Source: an uncultured Acidobacteriota bacterium (GTDB lineage Bacteria > Acidobacteriota > JAQAZP01). From it: a stretch of DNA of 64,000 bases. Position 1 is the first letter of the stretch, and each line of letters opens with the position of its first letter. Positions 19,238 through 30,158 of this stretch are shown in pieces. Made by a program: the position numbers and the translations under genes. The DNA lies in contig CAWIIB010000009.1 in the NCBI GenBank assembly GCA_963836075.1, positions 768,001 through 832,000 of the forward strand. The letters run 5' to 3'. Under the pieces are notes generated by a model. It made no database searches and was not told the origin of the DNA. It saw nothing but the letters and a program-made list of their open reading frames with translations.

Positions 19238-20386
19238 TCAACGGGCACCCGAATCGTATTGACCGCACCATAGCTCGGAGAGAAACTCACGCCACGGCAT
19301 GATTGTCAGGCCGTCCACCACTCGCTTCCGCGGATCGAGACTGACGAGCATGTAGCCCTGGAAGGATGAATCTTCCCGGAGGGCCTTCAGCCCCTTGAGG
19401 TCTCTCGGGGAGGCATTGGATGAAGACTTCACCTCGATGGCGATACGGTCATCGAGAATGAAGTCCACCTCATACCCTGATTTCGACCGCCAGTAGGTCA
19501 GCGGCGCCGCCCGATGATAATCGGTCCAGGCTCGGAGCTCGTGGAAGATGAACGTCTCGAAGGACTCACCGAACTCCGGTGATCCCTCACGAACCGGCCC
19601 ACGGTTCTGAAGGAATCGCACCACTCCGGGATCAAACAGATAGAACTTTGACGTGCTCAGGGGCTTGCGCTTGACCGATCCCTTCCAGACCGGCAGATCA
19701 TAGCCGATGAGCGTGTCGCGAAGGATCCCGAAATACTCCTGCACCGTGCTGCGGGCCACCTGGGCATCGTTCGATATCTTGCTGTAGTTGATCAGCCGGC
19801 CGTTGCACAGGGCTGCAACCTGGAGGAACCGGCTGAATGCCGGGACATTCCTGGTCAACCCCTCCGCCGCGATCTCCTCTTTGAGGTAGTCTCCGGCATA
19901 TGCGCGAAGATCATCTTCGGGATCATCGGAGAAGTAGATCGACGGCAGGAGGCCGTTGTTCAGTGCACGGAGCAGTTCGAACTGTTCACCCAGTTCGGAG
20001 GACACCAGGGGATGAAGATATCTCGACCTCGCCCGTCCTCCGAGCAGGTTCACTCCTCCGCGACGCAGCTTCCGGGCACTGGAACCGGTGAGCAGAAAAC
20101 GGACCCCCAACGACTCGATCATCAGGTGGACTTCGTCGAGCAGGGAGGGAAGCTTCTGGATCTCGTCGATGATGATCAGCTTGTTGTCCGGTTGAAACTC
20201 CTCCCGGAGACGGCCCGGCGAACGGCTCAGCGTGAGATACACGTCGCTGTCCAGAAGGTTGTAAGTGCGGCAGTCGGGGAAGAGATGACTGGTCAGCCAT
20301 GTCTTTCCTGTCTGCCTCGGCCCGAACAGAAAGCATGATTTCTGTTCCAGCGTATTGCGGAGATCGAGCGTTCTTTCAATATACAT
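19238..20386 (-). CDS. AAA+ ATP-binding protein with DUF4143 (PD-(D/E)xK-like) C-terminus
   Basis: GPRQTGKT, IIDEIQK, LTGSSARKL, KFYLFDPG, YWR...EVDF...IEVK. Confidence 0.9.
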   Translation of the reverse strand: MYIERTLDLRNTLEQKSCFLFGPRQTGKTWLTSHLFPDCRTYNLLDSDVYLTLSRSPGRLREEFQPDNKLIIIDEIQKLPSLLDEVHLMIESLGVRFLLTGSSARKLRRGGVNLLGGRARSRYLHPLVSSELGEQFELLRALNNGLLPSIYFSDDPEDDLRAYAGDYLKEEIAAEGLTRNVPAFSRFLQVAALCNGRLINYSKISNDAQVARSTVQEYFGILRDTLIGYDLPVWKGSVKRKPLSTSKFYLFDPGVVRFLQNRGPVREGSPEFGESFETFIFHELRAWTDYHRAAPLTYWRSKSGYEVDFILDDRIAIEVKSSSNASPRDLKGLKALREDSSFQGYMLVSLDPRKRVVDGLTIMPWREFLSELWCGQYDSGAR

Positions 20387-20400
20387 GACAATCACCTCAT

Positions 20401-20432
20401 GTGTCGGCAATTATCATGACAATTGCCGACAC
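20401..20432. promoter_or_regulatory. Palindromic operator-like site upstream of the AAA/DUF4143 gene
   Basis: GTGTCGGCAATT-N8-AATTGCCGACAC with perfect 12-bp arms. Confidence 0.5.
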
Positions 20433-20577
20433 GCTTGTCAAGAATAATATCGGCATCCTGGGGATCAGGCTCAACACCGCTTGCAGCCACCCTGTGGGCG
20501 GCGAACGAGGTGGCCGGCCCGACATCCACCGCTGGACACCGGGCCGGAGGCACCCCGGGGAGGCCTTCACACGGCTG

Positions 20578-21006
20578 ATGAACGTGGGCGGGTTTGATGT
20601 TATCGGCGACGAGGAGGCTCGATTCGAGAACTTGGTGGCCTCATCCCTGCTTAAAAGGTTTGATTTCCTGGAGGATCGGACAGAGAACCGCTTTGAGCTG
20701 AGATTTGTGCGCGACAAGGAGGGCCGCGAGGTCGATTTCGCCATCGTCCGCGAAGGCCGGCTGGTGGAGCTGATCGAAGCGAAGTACAGCGATGACGGCC
20801 TGGCCCGGCCGCTCCGCTATTTCGCGAAGCGGCTGAACCCCATACGGGCGACCCAGATCGTCGCTCGGCTCAAGCATCCCCTCTACCAGGGCAAATTCCG
20901 GATGATCAACCCGCTCTCCTACTTCGGTTCCTTCTTCCCCCCCCAAGTCCCGTTGATTGCTTCAGATTTTCAGCCTGGAACGGCAAGTCAAGAAGGCTGG
21001 GAATAG
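20578..21006 (+). pseudogene. Truncated DUF4143 domain fragment
   Basis: ARFENLVA..LLK, RDKEGREVDF, IEAK present but the ATPase domain is absent. Confidence 0.7.
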
Positions 21007-21056
21007 ACGACTGGCTACGGCAGAATCACGCCGCCGGGCAGGATGTCTGCAGCTAC

Positions 21057-22730
21057 TTACGGAACGACCAGATAGCGGTTCACCGTTTTGACCTTAAACC
21101 GCTTGCCACGCTGGTGGTCGTAGCAGCCGATACATTCACTCACGACGACATTGCCCGTGTCGTAAGTGAAGAACTGGTAGCGCCGACAGGATGACCAGAT
21201 CAGGAAATGGAAACGGATGAAATTGTCGATGTCCGGCGTGTGCGGTTCGCCACCGAACAGTTCGGGATTGCCAAAGACCTCATAGCCCAGTTCTTCCGGT
21301 GCTTCGATCCGCCGCTGCCAGATCACCGATTCATCGCGCACATTCACCGTGCCGACACACGGCCTGATGCCAACAGATAAAACCAGGTAGAAGGTGCCCG
21401 GCTTGGGGCTGCGGAGCAGCCGGCGGCTGTCGGGCCAGCCCGCGGGATAGTACGTGTTGGGAATCGACCCGTCCACAAGAACATCTTTGACCCGCCTGAC
21501 GATCTCGCCTGAATCCCGGTCCAGGATGACCAGGTCCCGACTGCTGAGAAAGGCCACACCCTTTCCGTCATGGGTATAGACCGGGCTGTCCACCAATTCC
21601 CCCAGCTCGGACTGGTATATCACCTGTTGCGATCCGGCCTTGAGGTCAGTTTCGACGAGCAGGTATTTCCAATTTTGTTTTTGTCCCGAAGGATCGATTG
21701 CCGGAGAGCCCGAATCTGACTCGGAATCCTCCGGGGCTTTTTGACAGCGAATACAGATCATCCGCTGTTGGTCCGGACTGATGTCGGGTTTGTAGTACAA
21801 CGCCATGGCCTGCTCCCGTTCGTTTTTTGGTCCCAGCCGGAGAACCTTTTTCCCTTTCCCGGTGTACACCGACACACTCCAAAACTCGGTCGAAACAGCG
21901 ACACGCAGTGATTTCAGAGGCGGTTCGGTGCAGTCGTCCGGACGCCAGTTGAGAACATCCATCTGGTTTTCGGGCTCGCCGCGACTGAGCCGCATCAGCG
22001 CCAGGTAGTCGGCGGCCGGTTCTTGTCCTCCCTCGGCTGCACGGGCCAGCCACCTGGTGGCCGCTGTTCGATCAGGCGTGCCGAACCGCCTGTCGAGCAG
22101 GGTAAGTGCGTATTTCTGCTGGTGCTCAGGGTCGCCGACCACGGCGGCCTTTTTATACCACTGTTGAATCAGGATGTAGTCGGGCTCACCAAAAAAACCT
22201 TCATGATCGTACTCACGGAGAAAACCGAGGCGATACATGGCCTCACCGCTGCCTTTGCCCGCGGCCTTTTCGAGCCATTCCACTGCCTTGTTCATATCTT
22301 TCTCAGCGGGATTGCAGGCCCAGTAGTCATCCCCCAGGGTTTCCATGGCCGGCAGATACTCCTGCTCCGCCGCCCTGGTCAACCAGTAGCGGTGTTTTTC
22401 CCGGTCATGGGGCAACCGATGACTGTAGTAGAGAAGCGCAAGATGGTATTGAGCCTCGGCCACGCCGGCCTCGGCCAGGGGCTGGAGAAGATCGCGGGCT
22501 CGTTCGTTTTCCTTGAGCTCGAAGGCATTGAGGCCTGCGGCGAGATCATCCTGGGACTGGGTGATGGTGGCGAACTGACAGAAAATCAGGGCGAGGCAGA
22601 AGAAGAGAACCCGTGCAGGCCTGAATGAAATCAATTGTGCCTCCGGAAAGATCCGGATTGAACGTGCATATTGCTGATAATGAATAATTGAAACCATACT
22701 GTTTCCCGCACGGCAGTTCAAGTTGGTCAC
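21057..22730 (-). CDS. Sel1-like repeat protein with C-terminal TolB/WD40-like region
   Basis: AEAQYHLALLY, WLTRAAEQ, WLEKAAGKG.GEAMYRLG repeats; PDISPD and SPVYTHDGK; hydrophobic signal; exact start uncertain. Confidence 0.75.
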   Translation of the reverse strand: MTNLNCRAGNSMVSIIHYQQYARSIRIFPEAQLISFRPARVLFFCLALIFCQFATITQSQDDLAAGLNAFELKENERARDLLQPLAEAGVAEAQYHLALLYYSHRLPHDREKHRYWLTRAAEQEYLPAMETLGDDYWACNPAEKDMNKAVEWLEKAAGKGSGEAMYRLGFLREYDHEGFFGEPDYILIQQWYKKAAVVGDPEHQQKYALTLLDRRFGTPDRTAATRWLARAAEGGQEPAADYLALMRLSRGEPENQMDVLNWRPDDCTEPPLKSLRVAVSTEFWSVSVYTGKGKKVLRLGPKNEREQAMALYYKPDISPDQQRMICIRCQKAPEDSESDSGSPAIDPSGQKQNWKYLLVETDLKAGSQQVIYQSELGELVDSPVYTHDGKGVAFLSSRDLVILDRDSGEIVRRVKDVLVDGSIPNTYYPAGWPDSRRLLRSPKPGTFYLVLSVGIRPCVGTVNVRDESVIWQRRIEAPEELGYEVFGNPELFGGEPHTPDIDNFIRFHFLIWSSCRRYQFFTYDTGNVVVSECIGCYDHQRGKRFKVKTVNRYLVVP

Positions 22731-22864
22731 GCCAGCGGGGGGATTCCCCCTTCACCTCCATTTTCCCTGCACAAAAATTCGGTGTATTCTCGTCGCATGA
22801 GTGAAGCGCGGACGGTTCGGACGCAGGTTCACTCGTTCCAGCCTCCAATCACGAGCGGCGAAGA

Positions 22865-23371
22865 ATGACATTGATCAAGCGCACGGCCCGGCTCCGCACC
22901 TTTTACCTCCGGCACCGGCAGGAGCTGTTCAGCTATGCGCTCTCCATCACCAGAAACAGGGCCACAGCAGAAGAGGCGGTACACACCGCCTTTGCCCGGC
23001 TGCTGGAAAAACCCCGGGCACCGCTGCTGCTCAAGGCCTACGTCTTCCGCTCGGTGCGCAACGCGGCCATCGACCAGTGGCGGGAGGAGCGGGCGGGACA
23101 TGAGGCCTACCTCGAGCTGGCTGGTGATCCCGGCAGCGCCGGGGGGCCGGCCGACCGTGTCGGCGAGGACGAAGCGCTCTACCTGGCCCTGGACCAGCTG
23201 TCCGAAGACGAACGGGAGTGCATCGTGCTGAAGATCCACCAGGGGATGACCTTTCGCGAGATCGCCGCCGTTCGCGGGGTCTCGATCAACACCGCGGCCT
23301 CCTGGTATCGCCGGGGGCTGGAGAGGATGCGGGCGGCCCTGGAAAAAGACGGGACCAGGGGGACGGGATGA
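22865..23371 (+). CDS. ECF RNA polymerase sigma factor
   Basis: AEEAVH.AF, YVFRSVRNAAID, L.QL...ERECIVLK...GMTFREIA. Confidence 0.9.
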   Translation: MTLIKRTARLRTFYLRHRQELFSYALSITRNRATAEEAVHTAFARLLEKPRAPLLLKAYVFRSVRNAAIDQWREERAGHEAYLELAGDPGSAGGPADRVGEDEALYLALDQLSEDERECIVLKIHQGMTFREIAAVRGVSINTAASWYRRGLERMRAALEKDGTRGTG

Positions 23372-23877
23372 TGGGGCACGACCTGGAACAACGGCTGAAG
23401 CGGATGCGGCGGGTGCCGGCGCCGGAGGGCCTCGACCAACGGATGGAGGTGCTGTTCGACGAGGCGGTACAGGATGCGGCCGGGCATGGCCTGGACCAGC
23501 GGCTGAGGCGGATGCAGCGGGTGCCGGTGCCCGTGAACCTTGACCGGCGGATGTCTGCCCTGTTCGATGAGGCCGGTGGGGATGAGAAGGTCCACCGTCC
23601 CTGGCGGCTGCCGGCCTGGACCGCGGCAGCTGTGGGCCTGCTCCTGGTGGCTTCCTTTTTCCTTCGCGGGGGCCTGGGACCGAAACCGGTGGTGGTGGAG
23701 ATCAAACCCGACGGCCAGCTGGAGCAGTTCCTGCTGGGGGGCGAGCCGGCCGCGGCGCCCACCGACCTCGGCATCTTCACCAGGGGCGGCTGCTCGGTGG
23801 AAACCGTCTGGCCTGCCGATGCCCCGGGCATGGACCGGCAGCCCGTCAACGGCTCCATGACCAATGGTGAACGATGA
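23368..23877 (+). CDS. Probable membrane anti-sigma factor with internal 36-aa tandem duplication
   Basis: Overlaps the ECF stop, one TM segment, duplicated H.L.QRL.RM.RVP.P..LD.RM..LFDEA. Confidence 0.65.
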   Translation: MMGHDLEQRLKRMRRVPAPEGLDQRMEVLFDEAVQDAAGHGLDQRLRRMQRVPVPVNLDRRMSALFDEAGGDEKVHRPWRLPAWTAAAVGLLLVASFFLRGGLGPKPVVVEIKPDGQLEQFLLGGEPAAAPTDLGIFTRGGCSVETVWPADAPGMDRQPVNGSMTNGER

Positions 23878-24680
23878 TGCTGATTACTCAGCGAAGATGG
23901 ATTCCCGGTGCTGGATTCAATCGTGCATTCACCGTTAAGAGCTGTCCGTGGGCCGGGATTTTGGGATCCACCGCACTGATCCTGATGGCACTGTTCGCCA
24001 TCCCGGCCATGGCGGCCGGTGACCTTTCCTCCTTCACCCTCGACCTGGCCGTGCTTACCGTTCCCACGGTCCCGGGCGCCGGGATGGAGGTATTCGGGCC
24101 GGAAGCCGGCGAACCGGTGGGCCGGCGCAGCAGCCAGCAGGCCATGGTCTGGCCCGGAGTGCGGCAAATCCGCTTTGGCCGGCTGGTCCTCTCCTTCGAG
24201 GGAGGCGCGATGCAGTGGAACGGTGGGCCCGAGCCGCCCGCCGGATCGGGTGTCCAGCGTCTCATCGAGCGCCGGGTGAGCCTGCAGTCGGGCCAGCCGA
24301 CACAGATCCGGGCCATCGTCGACGCCCTGCACTACTTCGAAGTTGTGCAGGACGGCCTCTTCGAACGGAAGTCGGTGAGCAAACGGGACCTGCCGGGCCT
24401 GCTGCTCGACTGCGAAGTGGAAGGCTACCAGGAGGGCCCCGGAGCCGGCCTGATCGACTTCGACTACAAGCTTCGGCTGGTAGCGGTGGAAGGCAGAGAA
24501 GAACTCCCCGGCGCCCCGGAGATGCCGGGCAAGCCTCGGCTGGCCCGGTTCAAGCTCAGCCGCTCGGAAGAAATCCCGTCAGGGGCCTGGCAGTTGATCA
24601 GCGGCCACCTTGTTTCGGACACCGGCGGCAGCCAGGGGAACTACCTCCTGGTCCTGATCCGCATCAACCCCGTGGAGTGA
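23874..24680 (+). CDS. Hypothetical exported protein
   Basis: Operonic position and hydrophobic signal ending AMA; start uncertain. Confidence 0.6.
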   Translation: MMLITQRRWIPGAGFNRAFTVKSCPWAGILGSTALILMALFAIPAMAAGDLSSFTLDLAVLTVPTVPGAGMEVFGPEAGEPVGRRSSQQAMVWPGVRQIRFGRLVLSFEGGAMQWNGGPEPPAGSGVQRLIERRVSLQSGQPTQIRAIVDALHYFEVVQDGLFERKSVSKRDLPGLLLDCEVEGYQEGPGAGLIDFDYKLRLVAVEGREELPGAPEMPGKPRLARFKLSRSEEIPSGAWQLISGHLVSDTGGSQGNYLLVLIRINPVE

Positions 24681-24684
24681 CGAA

Positions 24685-27192
24685 ATGAACAGATACCAGA
24701 CACGAATCACCTCGGTCTTTCTGGCGGTGCTGTTCACAGCCGTCACCCCGTCGGCGCCGGCGCAGGATGCCGAAACCTGGGCCGCCGATTACGAGCAACT
24801 GACCGAATGGGAGTTCAGCGCCAGCACCGTCGCCCTGCCTGCCGGGGGGATCCACCTCGAGAATGAAACCGCGGAATGGTTCCTCGATACCGGCACGGTT
24901 CGCCCCATGCGGCCCACCTCCGGCGGATCGGTCACCGGCCTGATCTTCGAGGGAGAGGGGCGGTTCCGCATGGCCATCCCCGACAAGGTGGAGGCCGGCC
25001 AGGTCGCTCGTTTTACCGTGACGCCGGCCGAAGCCCAGCGACGGATCGAATTGCCGCCCACCGACAAACTCGAATACACCTTTCACCGGATGGTCCTGCG
25101 CACCACCGATGAACGGGTGATCGGTCTCTTTCCCGCAGTGTCCGGTGAGACCTTCAAGAAAAACAAACTGGCCCGGCAGCGCCACAACTGGTGGCTGCAG
25201 TACGCCCGGTTCGATGCCGACGCCCGGTTGATCGCCGGTCTGCTCAACGGGGACCATGAGTATCTGGCCATCGACATGGAAACTGACCAGCATGGCTGGC
25301 TCTTTTACGAGTTCGAGCCGTGGCGGATGGAGGAGATCCGCCTCTGCCGGATGCGTAAAACCTACGACTTCGTGGAAGTCTGGGTCAGTCTCGACCGGGT
25401 GGAGCACCGCCGGCCCGACGGGCGGCCAGGCCCCACCAACATCCCGCTCCTCGACCTGCTCGAGGCCGACCTGGAAGTGGACCTGATGAAACACAAGGGC
25501 CGCGCCGGCCAGGAGATCTCCCGCAAAAACTGGAACCTGGAATACCCGCGAACCCTCTTCCGGGCGCACATGGAATTCGAGTCTCAGGTGGACGGCCTGC
25601 AGGCCCTGCCGTTGCGGCTCAACCCCTGGTCCACCGACATCACGGCCACAGACGCCACCGGTCGGGCACTGCCCGTACTGCGCGCCCCCATCGGCCGGCT
25701 CTTCCCCATGGTCCTGCCCAAGGAGGAGGATCTCTCCCTGGTAGTGGTCCTTCACCAGCCGCTGGCCAGGGGTGAATCAGCGGAAATCGACTTCTCCTGG
25801 CGGCGGCAGACCAGCAATTACCCGGGGATAAACGAATCCTCCCCGGTGTACAGCAGCTCGACCTCTCCATATGCGGGCGGGGGCGGCTCGGACTGGTACC
25901 CGCCACTCGGTTCCCGGCGAGGCCGCTACTGGTATCCGGAGGCCCTGGGTGAACGGGATGATCCCCATACCGCACGGGTGACTATCATCCACCCCAAGAA
26001 GCTCGGGGTGCGGGCCACCGGCGTTCTTTCGGGCGGCACCACGGAGGGCAAGCGGGTCATCGACGTCTGGGAGTCGGATGTTCCGCTGAAGTCCGCCTGC
26101 TTTTCCTACGGATACGATTACAAGGAGCGCCGGGTCCTCCTGGAAGGGCTCCCCGAGGTGATCAGCTTCGGCGCCAACCGGCTGCAGAAGATGGGTGACA
26201 CCGTGGAGGCGGTGGCGGCCCACATGGCCAACAGCATCCAGTTCTACCAGGAGATCTTCGGCTACACCCTGCCCCTGGAGACCGTCACCGGCACCCGGGT
26301 GAACGGCAGCTCGCAAACGTATTCCGGCTTCATCGCCTACGGCGAACATACCTTCGACCTCACCCGCCCCTGGGAGAGCGAGCGGTCGCTGGCCATGAGG
26401 ACGGCGCAACTCTTCTGGGGCGAGCAGCTGGACTGGGAGAGCTATCGCGACAGGTGGCTGGCCGGTGCCCTGGCCGGATACTCGGCCATGCTCTACCTCG
26501 AAATGGTCACCGAAGGTTGGGGGCTGCGGCAGCGGGGTTCGATCCCCAACTACGATGAGCTCATCCGGCTGCGCCAACGCCAGTGGGCCTACGCCAGCCC
26601 CTACCATTACTATCGGCTGGGTCCGCTGGATGTGGGCTTCAGGGATTGGATCCCGGGGGTGCCCTCTGCATACTATGGAATGTCGGTGCTGCACATGCTG
26701 CGCGGAATACTCATGGGGCGGTCCGAAGACGGGGCCGGGCTATTCAACGCCATCCTCGCCGATTTTCTGAAGGCCCATGCCGGCGGCACGGCCTCCACCC
26801 GCGACTTCATCGCCACGGTGAACCGGCAGACCGGCGAGGACTGGGGCTGGTTCTTCGACCAGTGGGTCTACCGCACCGGAGTTCCCACCTATGGGTGGAG
26901 CCACTCGCTGTCCGAGGAGCCGGATGCCGACGGCCTCTACCTGCTGGAGATCTCGATGACCCAGCAGGGCGTAGCCGCTGACTTCCGCATGCCGGTGACC
27001 TTCGGGCTGGAATATGGGGATGCGCAGCCGGAGCTGCTGCAGTTCTTGATGGACCAGCCGTCGAAAACCTTCTCTGCCCGGCTGCCGTTCAAGCCGATGA
27101 AGGTGACCTTCGACCCGGATCATGACCTGCTCTACACCAAGGGGACATGGACAGCGGGCGGGTCGTCTGGAGGAGAAGGAGAAACCGAATGA
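24685..27192 (+). CDS. Secreted M1 aminopeptidase-like protein lacking HEXXH
   Basis: Signal peptide; WG....WESYRD.WL, VLHMLR, ST.DF, WFFDQWV, FDP motifs; zinc motif replaced by MRTAQ. Confidence 0.8.
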   Translation: MNRYQTRITSVFLAVLFTAVTPSAPAQDAETWAADYEQLTEWEFSASTVALPAGGIHLENETAEWFLDTGTVRPMRPTSGGSVTGLIFEGEGRFRMAIPDKVEAGQVARFTVTPAEAQRRIELPPTDKLEYTFHRMVLRTTDERVIGLFPAVSGETFKKNKLARQRHNWWLQYARFDADARLIAGLLNGDHEYLAIDMETDQHGWLFYEFEPWRMEEIRLCRMRKTYDFVEVWVSLDRVEHRRPDGRPGPTNIPLLDLLEADLEVDLMKHKGRAGQEISRKNWNLEYPRTLFRAHMEFESQVDGLQALPLRLNPWSTDITATDATGRALPVLRAPIGRLFPMVLPKEEDLSLVVVLHQPLARGESAEIDFSWRRQTSNYPGINESSPVYSSSTSPYAGGGGSDWYPPLGSRRGRYWYPEALGERDDPHTARVTIIHPKKLGVRATGVLSGGTTEGKRVIDVWESDVPLKSACFSYGYDYKERRVLLEGLPEVISFGANRLQKMGDTVEAVAAHMANSIQFYQEIFGYTLPLETVTGTRVNGSSQTYSGFIAYGEHTFDLTRPWESERSLAMRTAQLFWGEQLDWESYRDRWLAGALAGYSAMLYLEMVTEGWGLRQRGSIPNYDELIRLRQRQWAYASPYHYYRLGPLDVGFRDWIPGVPSAYYGMSVLHMLRGILMGRSEDGAGLFNAILADFLKAHAGGTASTRDFIATVNRQTGEDWGWFFDQWVYRTGVPTYGWSHSLSEEPDADGLYLLEISMTQQGVAADFRMPVTFGLEYGDAQPELLQFLMDQPSKTFSARLPFKPMKVTFDPDHDLLYTKGTWTAGGSSGGEGETE

Positions 27193-27193
27193 A

Positions 27194-27247
27194 TGTCAAT
27201 TTTGGGGACTTTGTCACTTTTCGGGACCTGGTCCCGAAAAGTGACAT
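27194..27247. repeat. 54-bp palindromic element, copy 1
   Basis: TGTCAATTTTGGGGAC..TGTCACTTTTCGGGACC.GGTCCCGAAAAGTGACAT; near-identical copy at 30081-30134. Confidence 0.8.
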
Positions 27248-27287
27248 GGGCGCCAGTCAGGTCGTCCGGAGAGGAGGGAGAAACCGA

Positions 27288-30060
27288 ATGAACAACAACC
27301 GGCGCGCACTCATCCCTGTGGCTCTGGCGGTCGTCATCCTGCTCTCCGCTGCGCCGGCACAGGCGGTCACCGGTGAACGTACCGCCGGCCAGCCGCCGGT
27401 TCCCGCAAACGCCGCCGCCTGGGCCGCCGACTACGAACAGCTGGGCAAATGGGAGTTCAGCGGCACGCCGATCCCCCTGCCCGAGGGCGGTGTGCGCCTG
27501 CAGCGGGACTCTGCCGAGTGGTATTTCGAGAGCGGCACCGTTCGTCCCATGCGGCCCACCTCCGACGGGTCGGTCACCGGCCTGGTCTTCGAGGGACAGG
27601 GCCGGTTCCGGATGGAGGTTCCCGACCCGGTGGAGGTGAACCAGTTTCCCCGGTTCTTCCTCACGCCGGGTGAGGAGATAACGCCCCCCGAAACGCTCGC
27701 CGACGGCACGATCGAGTACCGGCTTCAGCCGGCTGGTCCTGCGCACCACCGACGACCGGGTGATGGCGCTCTTTCCAGGAACCACAGACACGGTGTTCCT
27801 GGTGAATCCGCTGGCTAACGCCTGCCACCTCCGGTGGCTGGGGCACGGCCGCTTCGACGCCGATTCAAGGGTGGTGGCGGGATTGCTCAACAACGACGGT
27901 GAGTATCTGGCCCTCGACATGGAGACCGCGGATCGCGGCTGGCTCTTCTACGAGTTCGAGCCGTGGCGGATGGAGGAGGTCCGTCTCTGCCGCATGCCGC
28001 TGGAGTACGACTTCGTCGAGGTCTGGATCAGCCTCGACCGGGCCGAGCACCGCCATGCCGACGGCCGCCCGGGCAGTACCCGTACCCCGCTGGTCGACCT
28101 GGTCCACGCCGACCTGGAAGTCGACCTGATGGCGCACAAGGGCCGGGTGGGCGAAGTGATCGCGAGGGGTGGCCGGCTACGGGGATCGAACATGAGCCTG
28201 CGGGCAGGCGGTGCCGATGCCGGGGTGCCGGGGGCCTCACACCCCTCTGGCGGCCGGAACAATCCGTATCCGGTGACCCGGTTCCAGGCGAGGATGACCT
28301 TCCAGGCGACCGTGGATGGGCTGCAGGCCCTGCCACTGCGGCTCAATCCCTGGGCCGGAGCGGTCACGGCCGTCCTCCCCGACGGAACGGAGCTGCCCGT
28401 ACTGCGTGCGCCCTTCACCGAACGATTCCCCCGCATCATCATCCACGAGGAGGACACCTCCACCGTGGTGCTCCTGCGGGAACCGCTGGCCCGGGGGGAG
28501 ACCGTCACCCTCGACTTCTCCTGGGTGCGGCGGACCACCAACAGCCCCGGCCGTCACGATCCGGGACCGGTTTACATCGAGCCGACCAACCCCTACCTCC
28601 TCGGCGGCGGCCAGGACTGGTATCCGCCGTTCATGCATTCGAGCGGTCGGTTCTGGTACCCGGAACCGCTGGAGGGCTGGAACGACCGGCACACTGCCAG
28701 GGTGACCATCATCCACCCAAAGAAACTCCAGGTGCGGGGCACCGGTTCACCAGCCGGCGGGAAGCAGGAGGGAAAGCGGTGTTTCAGCATGTGGGTATCG
28801 GATACGCCAATCAAGTCGGCGGCCTTCTCCTACGGGCACCGCTACACCGAGCGGCGGATCCTCGAGAAGGGGCTTCCTGAGGTGGTTGCCTTCGGACCCA
28901 ACCACTTCATGCAGCCAGGTGACGAGGCCGAGGGCATCGCGGCTCTCATCACCGACATGATCCGATTCTACCAGGGTACGTTCGATCACCGTCTCTCCCA
29001 GGAATCGATCACCTGTGCCAGCATCTACGGCAACTCGCAATCGTTCTCGAGGTTCATCGCCCTCAGGTCGAGGGTCTTCAACATGGACAAACCGCACACG
29101 CACGAGAAGTGGCTGGCCATGAAAACGGCCGAGCTTTTCTGGGGTGATCTGCTCGACTGGGAGAGCTACCGCGACGACTGGCTGATCAGAGCCCTGGTGG
29201 ATATCTCGGCGGAGATGTATATGGAGGCGGCCGGTGAGTGGTATCCGAAGAAGAAGGCCTATACGCGCCTTGGCGACAAAACCTGGGAAAAATTGTTCTG
29301 GCGGCGCTACGGCTCGTACCGCCGCGACCACTGGACGGGCCCACTCGAGCTGGGATTCAGGGCCAAGCTTCCCGAGATGATCCGCAGGAGGACCTATTAC
29401 ATGTCGATGAGTTTCAGCTCCTCAGGCTTTGATTCGAGCGCCTCCCTCGATCGGGTCGATTCGAATCTCACCTCCACCGCGGTTCGCGGCAGCCAGGCCT
29501 CCATGGCCACCGTGCGGACCAACCTGGGCGACTGCCGGTTCCAGCCGATTCCCCCCTGGCAGCGTTCCCTGCTGCTGAAGTCCGAGAAACGGAGGGAAGT
29601 GCTCTACATGCTGCGCGGTATCCTCCGCAACCACTTCGAGGACGGTGACGAGCGGTTCAACGCCATCCTCGCCGATTTCCTCAACACCTGCGCCGGCAGA
29701 CCGGCCTCCACCCGGCTGTTCATCGCCGCGGTGGAGCACAACACCAACGAAGACTGGGACTGGTTCTTCGACCAGTGGGTGTGTGGCAGCGAGGTCCCCA
29801 CCTACGACTGGGGGCATACCCTTTCCGTGAATCCGGACGCCGACGGCCTCTACCTGCTGGAGATCTGGATGCGGCAGGACGGCGTTCCCGAGGGCTTCCG
29901 CATGCCGGTGACCTTCGGCCTGGAATACGAGGACGCCGAACCGGAGCTGCTGCACTTCGATATGAACCTGCCGTCAAAGACCTTCAGTGTGCGGCTGCCC
30001 AACCGCCCGACGCAGGTGATCTTCGATCCTTACCAGGACCTGCTCTTTGTGAAGGAGTGA
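27288..30060 (+). CDS. Second M1 aminopeptidase-like paralog lacking HEXXH (frameshift near 27720)
   Basis: Strong similarity to 24685-27192 on both sides of the shift; MKTAE in place of HEXXH. Confidence 0.8.
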
Positions 30061-30080
30061 GGGAGGGGCATCGCGAGGCG

Positions 30081-30134
30081 TGTCAATTTTGGGGACCTTG
30101 TCACTTTTCGGGACCAGGTCCCGAAAAGTGACAT
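30081..30134. repeat. 54-bp palindromic element, copy 2
   Basis: Near-identical to 27194-27247; lies between convergent genes and may terminate transcription. Confidence 0.8.
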
Positions 30135-30158
30135 TCTTATTCACGGCCGGTCACCGAG

